From: Octopus sinensis
Taxonomy: Eukaryota
Direction of reading: 5' to 3'
NCBI RefSeq assembly: GCF_006345805.1
Contig: NC_042997.1
Location: forward strand, 13,888,001 to 13,952,000
Length of the DNA stretch: 64,000 bases
A program made the position numbers and the translations under genes. Of this stretch, positions 26,276-39,303 are shown in pieces. The notes beneath the pieces are model-generated. The model made no database searches. It was not told the origin of the DNA and saw only the letters and a program-made list of their open reading frames with translations. Numbering within the stretch: the stretch's first letter is position 1; the number at the start of each line of letters is the position of its first letter.

Positions 26276-26811
26276 GATGCAGTACCAGGCAGTGCCTCTC
26301 GTGGCTTCTGATCTTAACTGATTGGAAGTGTTATCATGGACATTGTTTTACCTTGGTGTAAAAGATGGGCCACAGCAAGTATTCTGCTCAAAACCATAGA
26401 TTTGCTTGTCAGTTGTTTGACCGTAACCAGTTGAGCAAGTCCCTTAGTGGCTGACGATATGTGCATCTCTGATCACGAGCAGAAGTAGTGGGGGAGCATC
26501 ATAGCCATGTGTTGAGAGGGAATCTTTGGGGTTTGAACAATTCACCTCTGGAAACATGCGTGTTTCGTTCAACATCCTTAAACAATCCTTATTCAGGGAC
26601 CTTTTGAGCGGGATGGGTTACTCGACAGGAACAAAATTCTAACTGGGCTCCACCTGCAAGGTCGTGCGCTGTTTATCTTGATATGAGATCACCATGTCGC
26701 GCACATATAGTTGTGAAGCATGTGCTTAGTGTACCCTTATCAGATGGGTATACTGGGCTTCGTATATTTTACCCCTGTGTCACTTTGATGACATACACTG
26801 CTCTCTCCCTC
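26276..26811 (+). mobile_element. Family D repeat, full-length copy
   Basis: Starts GATGCAGTACCAGG directly after (TAA)n and ends CTCTCTCCCTC before (AAT)n. Confidence 0.85.
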
Positions 26812-26829
26812 AATAATAATAGCAATAAT

Positions 26830-27440
26830 GACAGTATTTTCATTGGAAAATATATAAACACTACAAAATTGGCCCTTCTTCTCACTGGTATGAACATCAT
26901 TTTGGGCCAGTCGTTGAAAGTAAAAATGTCACTATTCTCTGGGATTTTGCAGTCAACACCGACAGAATGATCCAGGCTGTTCGACCAAACATAGTCATTA
27001 AAAACTGAGAAGAAGATACTTGTAGACTAATAAATGTAAGTGTTCCGAGTGATGAAAATGTATCTGTAAAGAAATTTGACAAAGTAAGTAAATATTAGGA
27101 CCTGGAAATTGAAATTCAAAAGATGTAGAACCTTAAAGCGAGAACTGTTTCTGTTATTTTGGGTGCACTAGAAAGCAATGTCAGAAACATCTAGATAATA
27201 TCCCAGGTGAACCATGTCTCAGAGAGATCCAAAAGATTGTGCTGACAAGTACTGCCCACATCCTTAGAAAACTCTATCATTTTAAATGTATGTATTATAT
27301 TACATGAAGATATTTCGCCGCTCTCCCTGCCACTCTCCCTCCTCAAGCTTTCAGTCATACTGTAACATCTCTTATCCTTCATTCGCCCTAGGATGCAGGG
27401 TGTGTCCCGGCGAGTGATTGTAGCAAACGTGGATTAAATG
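26830..27440 (+). pseudogene. R4/Dong-type LINE 3' fragment (RLE domain)
   Basis: HWYEHH..VVESKNVTILWDFAVNTDRMIQAVRPNIV...KYxDLEIEIQKM...TAHILRK, with stop codons. Confidence 0.85.
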
Positions 27441-27452
27441 TAAATAATGATA

Positions 27453-27750
27453 ATGTGGAAGCCTAGTACTACGATAATACCAGTAGTAATTGGTGTGTTG
27501 TGAATGATAAAGAAGGGAGCTGAGAAGTATATTAAGCAACTCCCTGGTAACTCCAATCTCCGTGAACTACAAAAGATAACCTTGATGGGTACAGCCTATA
27601 TACTACGGAAAGCACTCTCCATCTAAAATGGAACAAATGTGGTGATGATTTTAGGATGCGTAGCAAAACAAAGTGCCCTTGCGACTCTTGGCCTCCGGAG
27701 GATGCCTGGTACTAAGGCAGCTGAAATAAAGTTATAATGAAAGAAAACTA
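27453..27750 (+). pseudogene. Short R4/Dong-type 3' end with 3' UTR and TAA tail
   Basis: MWKPSTTIIPVVIGV..MIKKGAEKYIKQLPGNSNLRELQKITLMGTAYILRKALSI*. Confidence 0.8.
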
Positions 27751-27953
27751 ATAATAAAAATAATAATGATAATAATATTAATAATAATGATAATAATAAT
27801 ACCAAAAGGAAGTACATTGACAAGTTTATTTTATGAACCTTTGGAAGATTGGAAGACACACGAGATGTGGAAATATTGTTCATTAGATAACAATGGCACG
27901 CTTTTTTTTGCTGCTAATAATAATGATAATGATACTACTACTACTACTACTAC

Positions 27954-28034
<81 letters not shown>

Positions 28035-28089
28035 GCTTATTGACCCGGAAGTATAATAATAAAAACGATGTAAAAACCAGATAAGGGAG

Positions 28090-28410
28090 AAAGATGAAAA
28101 GAAAACAGATTCTCACCAAGAGAAGAATTACTTTCAGCAAAAGAATCCCTCCAACAAAAAATCCAAGCAAAAGCTCAAAGATACCAGAAGAGAAAGAAAT
28201 TTTACAAGCAAAATAAACTGTTCACATCCTATGCGAAAACATTCTACAGAGAAACAAGGAAGGAGAAAATAACCGTTGAAGACCACCGGAAAAATATCTG
28301 GAGTGATGAAAAGACTTACAATGAAACTGCAGACTGGATTAGACGCAGAGAAGTATCCTACCAAAACTTATCAGAGCATGCATGGGAATTCATCACAGAC
28401 CTCCAAATGA
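28090..28410 (+). pseudogene. R4/Dong-type pre-RT region fragment
   Basis: QKIQAKAQRYQKRKKFYKQNKLFTSYAKTFYRE...IWS...ADWI, directly after a long (AAT)n tract. Confidence 0.6.
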
Positions 28411-28966
28411 TACTCACGAATAGTTTAGTCAAGTTATTCAAGGAAATTATGAGAGATCATACGAAAACAGCCGATTGGTTGGCAACAGTTCTATGCTTAA
28501 GAGATGAGGAATTATGTACATTATTTACATTTGATGGATATTTGTTTTTAACTATCCAGCCTTCATCAGGCGTCTTGGGAAATTTCGAGTTGAGTACTGA
28601 GGTCGATGTAATGGACTTACCTCCCCCCCCCAGAATTTCAGGCCTTGTGCCTATTGTGGAAAATAATTACCATTTGCATCAGGTCTACTCTCTTCATTGA
28701 CTACAACTTTCGTATTTCACACTTCAAATCGTCATAGATGTTTATTTTTTCTTCATATTGATCCTTTTATCACAAAGGCATGCTATGTCGATTATCATAC
28801 AAGTTCTTTCTTTTTTATTCACTACAACAGCGTCCGGTTATTCTCAACATCATCATCACGTTTTGTCTTGGTATAAAAGATGGGCTACAGCAAATATTCT
28901 GCTCAATACTACACATTTGCTTGTCAATTGCTTGACCTTATTATTACTATTATTATTATTATTATT

Positions 28967-29514
28967 TAGTGAGAGAGCAGTGCTTGCCATCAAAGTGACA
29001 CTGGGGTAAAGTATTCGAAGCCCAGTATACCCATCATGACTACCCGTCTGATAAGGGTACACCAGGCACATGCTTCACAACCATATGTGTGCGACATGGT
29101 GATCTCATATCAATATAAACAGCACATGACCTTGCAGGTGGGACCCAGTTAGAATTTTGTTCATGTCGAGTAATCCATCCCGCTCAAAAGGTCCCTAAAT
29201 AAGGGTTGTTTAAGGATGTTGAATGAAACACCCGTCTTTCAGAGGTGAATTATTCAAACCCCAAAGAATCCCTCTCAACACATGGCTATGATGCTCCCCC
29301 ACTACTTCTGCTCGTGATCAGAGATGCATATACTGTCAGCAACTAAGGGACATGCTCAACTGCTTAAGGTCAGGCAACTGACAAGCAAATCTGTGGTATT
29401 GAGCAGAATATTTGCTGTGGCCCATCTTTTATACCAAGACAAAACAATGTACATGATAACACTTCCATTCAGTTAAGATCAGAGGCCACGAGAGCCACTA
29501 CCTGGTACTGCATC
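28967..29514 (-). mobile_element. Family D repeat, full-length inverted copy (plus a partial plus-strand copy at 28861-28940)
   Basis: Reverse complement of 26276-26811. (ATT)n on both sides. Confidence 0.85.
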
Positions 29515-29529
29515 TATTATTATTATTAC

Positions 29530-29592
<63 letters not shown>

Positions 29593-29664
29593 TATTATTA
29601 CTATTATTATTATTATTACTATTATTATTATTATTTTTACTATTATTATTATTATTATTATTAT

Positions 29665-31235
<1,571 letters not shown>

Positions 31236-31237
31236 TT

Positions 31238-32070
31238 CTTTGCCCTTTCCATAGTGTTCCATGACTTGCTCCTATAGAGTGGGCAAATCCCATTCCTATC
31301 ATTACATAAGATATTATCAAATTTCTTCATGGTTCATTTTTATACTCTAATCCTTTCTTTATGGCTGTAACCTGAGAACTGCATGCGGTGAATGAAATCT
31401 TGTATGTGTCTCTTTAACTCTGTAGGCTCGCACATGCGGGACACATTTCGCATTATTCTGCCATCAAAATATGGAACACTATGGAAAGGACAAAGACGAA
31501 AATAGGGATGGCCAACTCTTGGTATGATAGCCACAAATACCAGAGTGTCATGTTCGTTGACACCACCCCTAGAGGTGAACTGGCGTACCGCTTTAGAAGG
31601 ACCCTAGACAAACTTAAGCTAAGGTTTAAGGTTGTTGAAAAGCCAGGCAACCCTATCAAATCCATAATCGGTAGAATCTACCCTTTTAGTAGAACCCACT
31701 GTACGGATAGGTACTGTACTGTGTGTAGATTTAGCCCAGAAACAAACTGTAAAGCCAGAAATGTAGTCTTTAGTATAAGATATATAGAGGGACGATGCAG
31801 TAACAAGACAACGACATACGTAGGGGAAACGGCACGAAGCATAGGAGAGCGGGTAAATGGCCATTGGAGAGAACTTAAGGAAGGAAAGAGCTCATAGATT
31901 CTATACCAACACGCCGAGCAGGAACACGGGGGATCAATCAACAACATAGAAGTTAAAAATCTTGTCCACACATAGAACAGGCGCAACATTCAGACAAATT
32001 ACGGAAGCTACACACATAATAGAAGATAAACCTAGCCTGAATAGGAAACTGGAATGGAACACTAGCATAC
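31238..32070. mobile_element. Penelope-like element fragment with an internal inversion (RT thumb on minus, GIY-YIG on plus)
   Basis: Minus 31470-31238: MRNVSR...MQFSGY...NGICPLYRSKSWNTMERAK. Plus from 31472: NTMERTK..WY..VMFVDTTP..C..C..C...YVGETARSIGERVNGH...NRKLEW. Confidence 0.85.
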
Positions 32071-32611
32071 ACCACAACATATGACAGAAGAGGATCCCTA
32101 TAAACTCCTTACAATATAAACAAAACTGAAAACATAATAAAATAAAATACACTGATAAATAAACAAATGGAAGTAAATAACTATATAGTTTTTTTTAGTT
32201 TTCTTTTTTAAATTTTTTAATATTTTTTTAAAATTTAAATTTAATTTATTATTATTATTATTATTATTACTATTATTATTATTATTATTATTATTATATT
32301 ATTATTATTATTATTATTATTACTAGTATTGTTGTTATACATACATGCAAGCATACGTAATAATAATGATGATAATAACAATAATAAGTGGATGTAAACA
32401 CATGAACAAAATAAGAATAAACAAAAACAAATTACACGAACGTATATAAACAGAAGATACAAATATTACAGGCATCCCCCCATACACACACTAACTAAAC
32501 ATAGACGCACATAGAGATATACGCATGCGCAAATAAAGACTCATACAATAGAAATACAAAATGGCTGACGGTTAGTAAGGAGAGACACAAATAAGAAAGA
32601 AGAAAGCAAAG

Positions 32612-32668
32612 GCCCACTGATGCGGTCACAGGAGTGTAACGAAAGAACTCTGGCCGAAATAAGATTAC
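32612..32668 (+). ncRNA. Degenerate hammerhead downstream of the PLE fragment
   Basis: CTGATGC (A9 changed to C), stem II GGTCA/TGGCC, then GAAA at 32656-59. Stems I and III are broken. Confidence 0.4.
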
Positions 32669-32824
32669 GTTTAATGTAAAAAATAAATAACACTGAAGCA
32701 AAGTAACACCAAATATATAGTGCGTGTGTTTTTATTGGCTAACCTGGCAAAATGACCATTCCGAAATACAACAATATCTGTTTCAACACACGACTTCACA
32801 TAAAAAAATCTTGCACAACAAATA

Positions 32825-33020
<196 letters not shown>

Positions 33021-33664
33021 ATTAACAGCACAAGCTAGTTTTGAACAGTACTCGCTGAGTTGCTTCTACGTCAGCGGGTGCAAATCAAAGTTACCGAGGT
33101 ATATGCATCTTTGTCTTTTAAGGGTTTAGAATAGTGTTTGTATTCCAGCATCTGTTTTACGATGTTGCGGCATTTGTTTTGTTGTTTTCTTGTGTTACGT
33201 TAGAGTTTCATCAGTTCTCTGTTAAAATATGTGTTTGTTTACGTTGTATTTTATTGCGTGATCATGGTTTCATATGCATTGCGTGAGATGTGTTATCCAT
33301 TTAAGCAAAATACTATGATATATATTATATTGGGTGGTAATCATGTAGAAAGTGAGTGATGTGTGAGATGTGTTTGATTATCGGGTGTCGATTATGTAAG
33401 AAAATAATATATTGTGTTATTTTATTGGGGATAATTATGTAGAATATTTGTTGTATGGATTTGCGTTATATTATTGGACAATGGTTGTATAAAGAATGGA
33501 TTCTTGTGAGTTGTGTTATTTTATTGGGTGTCGGTCGGTGTAGACCGAGACGAGTGTGTTGCGAGTGTTGTGCAATTAAACAGAAAATGTTTACTTAACG
33601 AAATGGCTAATCCTAACAGAATTATTTTGGAGACTGTGGCAGAGTTGTCGACCCTGATATGTTA

Positions 33665-34064
33665 TCTTTATATATAAAAGTGAAGTTGTGTGTCTGTCTC
33701 CTACGATTTAGATTCCTAACTACTCCCACATTTTGCGGTGCAGTTTAACCAAAACCGGGTATCTTATAGTCGTGATTCATATCGAGCCCTTCTGGGTATT
33801 AGCGCGCGTCTACAATGAGTCTACGATTTTAAAAAAAATTACCATCATTTTTTTACATTTTAATGCAGTTTTTTCGCTATTATATAAAGGAAGTAACTCT
33901 CTAAAAATGTCTACGATGAGTCAACGATTTAAAAAAAAATTTACCATCATTTTTTTTTTCCATTTTTAATGCATTTTTTTGCTATTTTTTGGCTATAACT
34001 CTCTAAAAATGCTTATATAGTTATTTCCATTACAAACCCGAGCAACGCCGGGCGATACTGCTAG
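33665..34064 (+). mobile_element. Non-autonomous Helitron
   Basis: A|TC at the 5' end, subterminal hairpin CCCGAGCAACGCCGGG, CTAG|T at the 3' end, and an internal duplication of about 100 bp. Confidence 0.85.
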
Positions 34065-34571
34065 TTTTATATATTTGCCTTTAGATTTTGTATTTTGTTG
34101 ATATGCTTTACATTTTGTATCCTTCCTAATAGATTTAATCTTGGCTTATTCTTTCGTGAGTTTGTCCTTATAGCTATTTGCTACTAAGCGATGGTTCTGA
34201 GCAGCAAAATAATTCAGGCCTATTTCTGCATTTATAGCCTCAAACTTTTAATTCATTGGTGGCTTACACGCTATGATTCCTCCCCACCCACTCTCTCTTT
34301 CTTTCTTTCTTTCTTTCTTTCCTTCTTTCTTTCTCTCTCTCACTCTCTCACCTGAGTGTGATAGGTATTATGCACAAAGTGTTTTTCTGTATATTTTTCC
34401 ACAATATTTTGGTATTCAGTCCTGTAATTGTGTTTTGAAACTTTTATATTCTTATGCCCTTATCTAACTCTTTTTCAAGGGGCGTAGTTAGCTCCTAGTT
34501 TAAACTTTATAGAAAGAATAGTGTTTAAGAACTTTCTGAGATGCTTTCATAACAACAACAACAACAACTAC

Positions 34572-34654
<83 letters not shown>

Positions 34655-34662
34655 TAATAATG

Positions 34663-34708
<46 letters not shown>

Positions 34709-34711
<3 letters not shown>

Positions 34712-35188
34712 TAGAGAAAGCAACCATACTCTGGGATATGCCGATACACACAGATAGAGAAATTAAGGCCAACAGACCAGATATAGTTGTCAGAGATCAT
34801 GAAGGAAAAAAATGCTTTCTAATTGATGTATCAATACCGGCAGATGACAACGTGTCTCTAAAAGAAATGGAGAAACTCTCAAAATACAAAGACCTGGTAA
34901 TAGAGGTAACTAGAATGTGGAATCTGAAAACAGAAACAATTCCTATCATAGTAGGTGCATTAGGCATGATAAACAAATATTCAGAGAAATACATAACAAA
35001 AACACCAGGACTTACAAACACATATAACATACAGAAAATTGCACTACTAGGCACTGCACACATCCTACGCAGAACACTTTCCATACAATAACCATCAGAG
35101 CATCACAACAAATCACAGCACATACCCAAGGCACACAGAGCTGCACTCGGTAGTGAAGTGAAAGCACGCTATAAAAATAAAACTACTG
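34709..35188 (+). mobile_element. Young 5'-truncated R4/Dong 3' fragment in (TAA)n
   Basis: ILWDMPIHTDREIKANRPDIVVRD..IDVSIP..KLSKYKDL..IPIIVGALG..TAHILRRTLSIQ* (stop at 35089-91). The 3' UTR ends at AAACTACTG before (AAT)n. Confidence 0.92.
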
Positions 35189-35204
35189 AACAATAATAAT
35201 AATA

Positions 35205-35274
<70 letters not shown>

Positions 35275-35371
35275 GGTTACGGGTAGTAACCCCGTACCCA
35301 CATGAATTCCACCAGGAATAAGAACGAACATGAGTTAAATCACCAATAATGAAAATAATGATAATAATAAT

Positions 35372-36315
35372 GATTTCATTTCTTTGCCATCAGGGCGAAA
35401 TATGAGCAGGATAATATACAAAGACAGACACAAAGTGTGGAGATTTACATATAATGATACGATAAGATAAATAATTAAATAACATTAAAAAAGCAAGTAT
35501 ACACGGTATTCAATGAAAGGAAAGTAAATATACATAGGATAGAAATGTTTTTTAAATGGGGATGATAGAGATGTAGTCATCCTGATACAGGATGACCTCT
35601 AGGGATAATCAAGGAACCCTACTATCCAAGAACTCCCTGGCCACCAAGGGCAAGAGCCCTCCCCAATTCCCTTTCTCCGATTCACAAGTCCACACTTAGA
35701 GAGGTACCAGCCACTCTTACCATTTTCGCAACTTTCTCTCACCTGTCAATAAACTCACTCGAGGACCGCACTTCTCTCTCAAATTTCCTTTTTAAGGGAA
35801 ACTTAAAGAAGAGGAATGCATCTCTCCTTATGCTTTTCAGCTTCGTGCAACAGACAGTCTCTTTCGCCACAGTCACCAGGCAAAGGAAAACTGCCTTGCC
35901 TGTCTGATTAAAGGAGAGCAGCGTGGCAATCATCACTATGGACTCGGCTGATAGACGGATCTGTCCAACACGTGACAGCAGCTGTTCAACATAACCACAC
36001 AAGTTAGCAATGCCCAGACACTGAACGAGTGCGTGCGGAACGGTTTCGTCAATCTGCGTGCACCTCGGACAAGCCTGTCTGACAGCACATCCATACCTGT
36101 AGAGTTTATCTCGAACCAGTAGTGCCTCCCGGTAGCACTTACAGGTCAAGAACATTTGGAAATTGTTAGTTCTCAACCGGAAAGTCCTCTGGAACAGGCT
36201 GGCCAGTTCGTTTTCGTCGATGCCCAGAGTCTCTTCGAGAACGTCCTCGCAATGGACATCCCCCAATCCTCTATAAATTGCTAAAGCGGAACATTACCTG
36301 ATCCCATTGCCCGAC
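35372..36315 (-). mobile_element. Tx1/L1-clade LINE 3' fragment (zf-RVT region plus 3' UTR)
   Basis: ORF 35739-36266: YREALLVRDKLYRYG...CPRC...ETVPHALVQC. Confidence 0.75.
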
Positions 36316-36319
36316 TGGT

Positions 36320-37720
36320 AGAATAATAAGTTTACATAGATAACTTCACGATATTTACAAAAAGTGAGGCAGACCTGATTCTTTGATCCAAACAGTGAGT
36401 GTATTCAGTAAAGATATTGGAATGCAGTTTGAGATTTCAAAAAAAAGGAAGCAGTATCAATTATGAAGAGAGGTTGGCAGAGTAACTGATGGCAAAAAAT
36501 TACTACATCACATTAGATTATTGTGGAACAATAAGGGATAGAAATACCTAGAAGTGCTGCAAAACGATAAGATAAGGGAAAAGGAAATGAGAATGTCACT
36601 AAAGAGTACAAGAGGACAATTAGGAAGGTGCTAAAAAAAAATAAATAGACGGGACATCATTAAAGTCATAAATGCACGGTCTATGCCTGTATCGAGGTAC
36701 TCTGATCGCTTTCTGAAACAGACAAAGATCGAGCTATAGAACTTGGATAGAAGAACTAGAAAGCTGCTCACAATGCACAATATATACTGCCCAAAAAGTA
36801 ATACTGACCGACTCTGTCTATCAAGAAAGTAAGGTGGTAGAGAATTACTAAACATAGTAGAAGACACTGGGTTACTGCGATACTAGGTCAGAAACGTTAC
36901 TTTGTGCAGACTAAAGAAAGAATACTGTCGATAGACAGAGATGCCTAGAAATTGACAGAAACAGTAGTTGAATTAGCAGATCAAACAAATGGAAAGAAAT
37001 TGGAATTAAGTAGTCAATTCATACAACAAACTGAGAATGCTGGAAGCAAACATCGCTGGCCCTAGTGTGCGGACGGGAAGTTGAAACGAGAGACTGAAAC
37101 GCTAATTTTAGCCGCTCAGGTACAAGCCATAAGAAAAAAATGTGATAAAGGCAAAGACCGACAAAACTCAGTCATACAGCAAATGTAGAATCTGTGGAAA
37201 AAAACACAAGTATCAATCACCTTTTGATTGAGAGAAGTATACTCGCACAAAAGGAGTATAAGCACATACGTAACTGTGTAAGCAAAAGAGTACATTGGGA
37301 TACTTGCCAAGTGTGTGGTATGAACACGAATCAGAGGCTGTGAGAAAAAATGATAGTTACAAGATCTTGTGGGATTTCTCCATGAAGACTGACCATACTA
37401 TTGAAACAAGAAAACCAGATATGATTACAGATGACAAAATAAACAAATATTGTAAGGTCATAGATTTTGCAGTTCCATATGCCAGCAGAGTTGATACGAA
37501 AGAAATTGGAAAAATTGAGAAACTGAGAACTGAGGAGACTGTGGAAAACTAACACAACAATTATTCCTGTGGAATTGGTGCACTTGGAAGAACACTCAAA
37601 ATGCTACCTACAAGACTGGGAAACGTATTGGAACTGTCATTGTAGACCTACAGCAAAGTGCCATCCAATATTCTTGAGATTTCAAGAGACTTGTAATCAC
37701 CAAACCACAAGATAAAATAC
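36320..37720 (+). pseudogene. Degraded R4/Dong RT-thumb-knuckle-RLE fossil
   Basis: QTVSVFSKDIGMQF, LDRRTRKLLTMH..DRLCLSRK, RETETLILAAQ, CRICG and ILWDFSMKTDHTIETRKPDMI. Confidence 0.8.
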
Positions 37721-37799
37721 CTGCTGACTGAATTAGCATGAAAATACACTCTACCATAGGCACAATGTCTGAGATGTTTGGTAGCCAGGGAATCGATTG

Positions 37800-38270
37800 C
37801 ATCGACAATTGTATTCAATTGGTACTTATTTTATCGACCCCAAAGGATGAAAGGCAAAATCGATCTCTGCGGAATTTGAACTCAGAATATAAAGCCTGAA
37901 AAATGCTGCTTAGCATGATTTGAATTCAGAATGTAAGTAGCCGGAACAAATACCGCAAGGCATTTTATCTGATGTTCTAATGACCCATTAGAGCATTCTG
38001 AATTACATTCTGAATTCAAATCATGAAGTGCCAGTCAAATACTGGGATCAATGGTATTGACTAATATATCTCCTTAAAACTAGATTAGAAACCTGAAGGT
38101 GGCGAGCTGGCAGACTAGTTAGGACACCTGTCAAAATGCTAAGCAGCATTTTTCAAGCTTTAGGCTCTGAGATCGACATTTCCTTTTATCCTTTGAGGTC
38201 GATAAAATAAGTACCAATTGAGTACTATAGTCGATGCAATTGACTCACCCTCTACCCAAAATTTGGGGGA
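37800..38270. mobile_element. Two diverged family A SINEs in opposite orientation
   Basis: Minus copy at about 37800-37975 (GGTACTTATTTTATCGACCCCAAAGGATGAAAGGC). Plus copy from GGTGGCGAGCTGGCAG at about 38098. Confidence 0.7.
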
Positions 38271-39265
38271 TTCTTTTGACACGGTATGTGACTGGTTCTT
38301 GTTCTATCGACCTTTGCAGATAGAAACATAGCATTGAACCGGCGAGATTAGAACAGCAATAAATCGAAGTAACTAAAGTATTCCCCCATGATGATGATGA
38401 TGATGATAAAAAGGAGGAGGTGTATGATACTTAACAAATCTTGATGTCACCAACATTGTCGACAGGAGCTCAAGTTGGCGAGAGGTATCTGTAAGGTCGT
38501 TCAAGCAGCAGGGAACAGAAAACACACCTCATTAGAATTATGCCCTAACGCTTTAATAAAGGAAAGACATTTAATTAATATTGTAGGCCTAAATGTAATG
38601 TGTCTCTTTGTGGTTAAGGCTAAAACGCTTTTGATCATAGTTCTACTCGATGAGAGTTGACACCCTGTGAAGAAGAGTAGCAGTAAAGAAGAGAAGAAGG
38701 ATGAAATGGGGGAGAATCAGGAAAGAGTGTAAAGAATGTAGCGGTAGAAGCCGCAGCAGACAGATAGGGAAAATAGTAATATCTTCTACATATGTGTTAT
38801 GGTGTGTGTGTGTGTGTGACTATTCTTTCTTTCAATATGTTCAGCCCACTTGCATTTAATAAAGAACTCTTTATTTCATCAAACAAACCAAAACACATTC
38901 AATAGCAACGTATTCTAGCATTAGAATATTTCAACATTTTTATCGTCCAAATGGCATTTCAGTTTTCTTGCTTTAACATTTATGTTACACTTGCATCTTT
39001 AGAAAAACTTCTGAATAATTTGAAGAAATGCTGAAATAATCCGATAACTCAATAACAGTTACATCAAAGATAAAAATATACTCATTATTATATATATTTT
39101 TTTAATATGTTATGGGAACTAAAAATTGAAAAGGTTAATCTGACGTTTTATATACCGTTTGTAGATGGGGTATCTGCGTATTCTATGAAAAATCGTGATG
39201 TTATTCAGAGAAGAAATGAAAAGTGATAAAGACGAGATACACTTACATACACATATATATGTGCA

Positions 39266-39303
<38 letters not shown>

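Noticed and set aside
26276-26330. HDV-like ribozyme at the 5' end of family D (GATGCAG with CTG-ATC; GCC-TCTCGT-GGC)
   Set aside because: There is no P1.1 GG, no P4 or J4/2 catalytic C, and the 29.5-kb copy has GGC in place of GCC, which breaks P3.
25764-26811. CRISPR-like or satellite interpretation of the repeated units
   Set aside because: The units are about 540-bp dispersed eukaryotic repeats in both orientations, with no repeat-spacer pattern.
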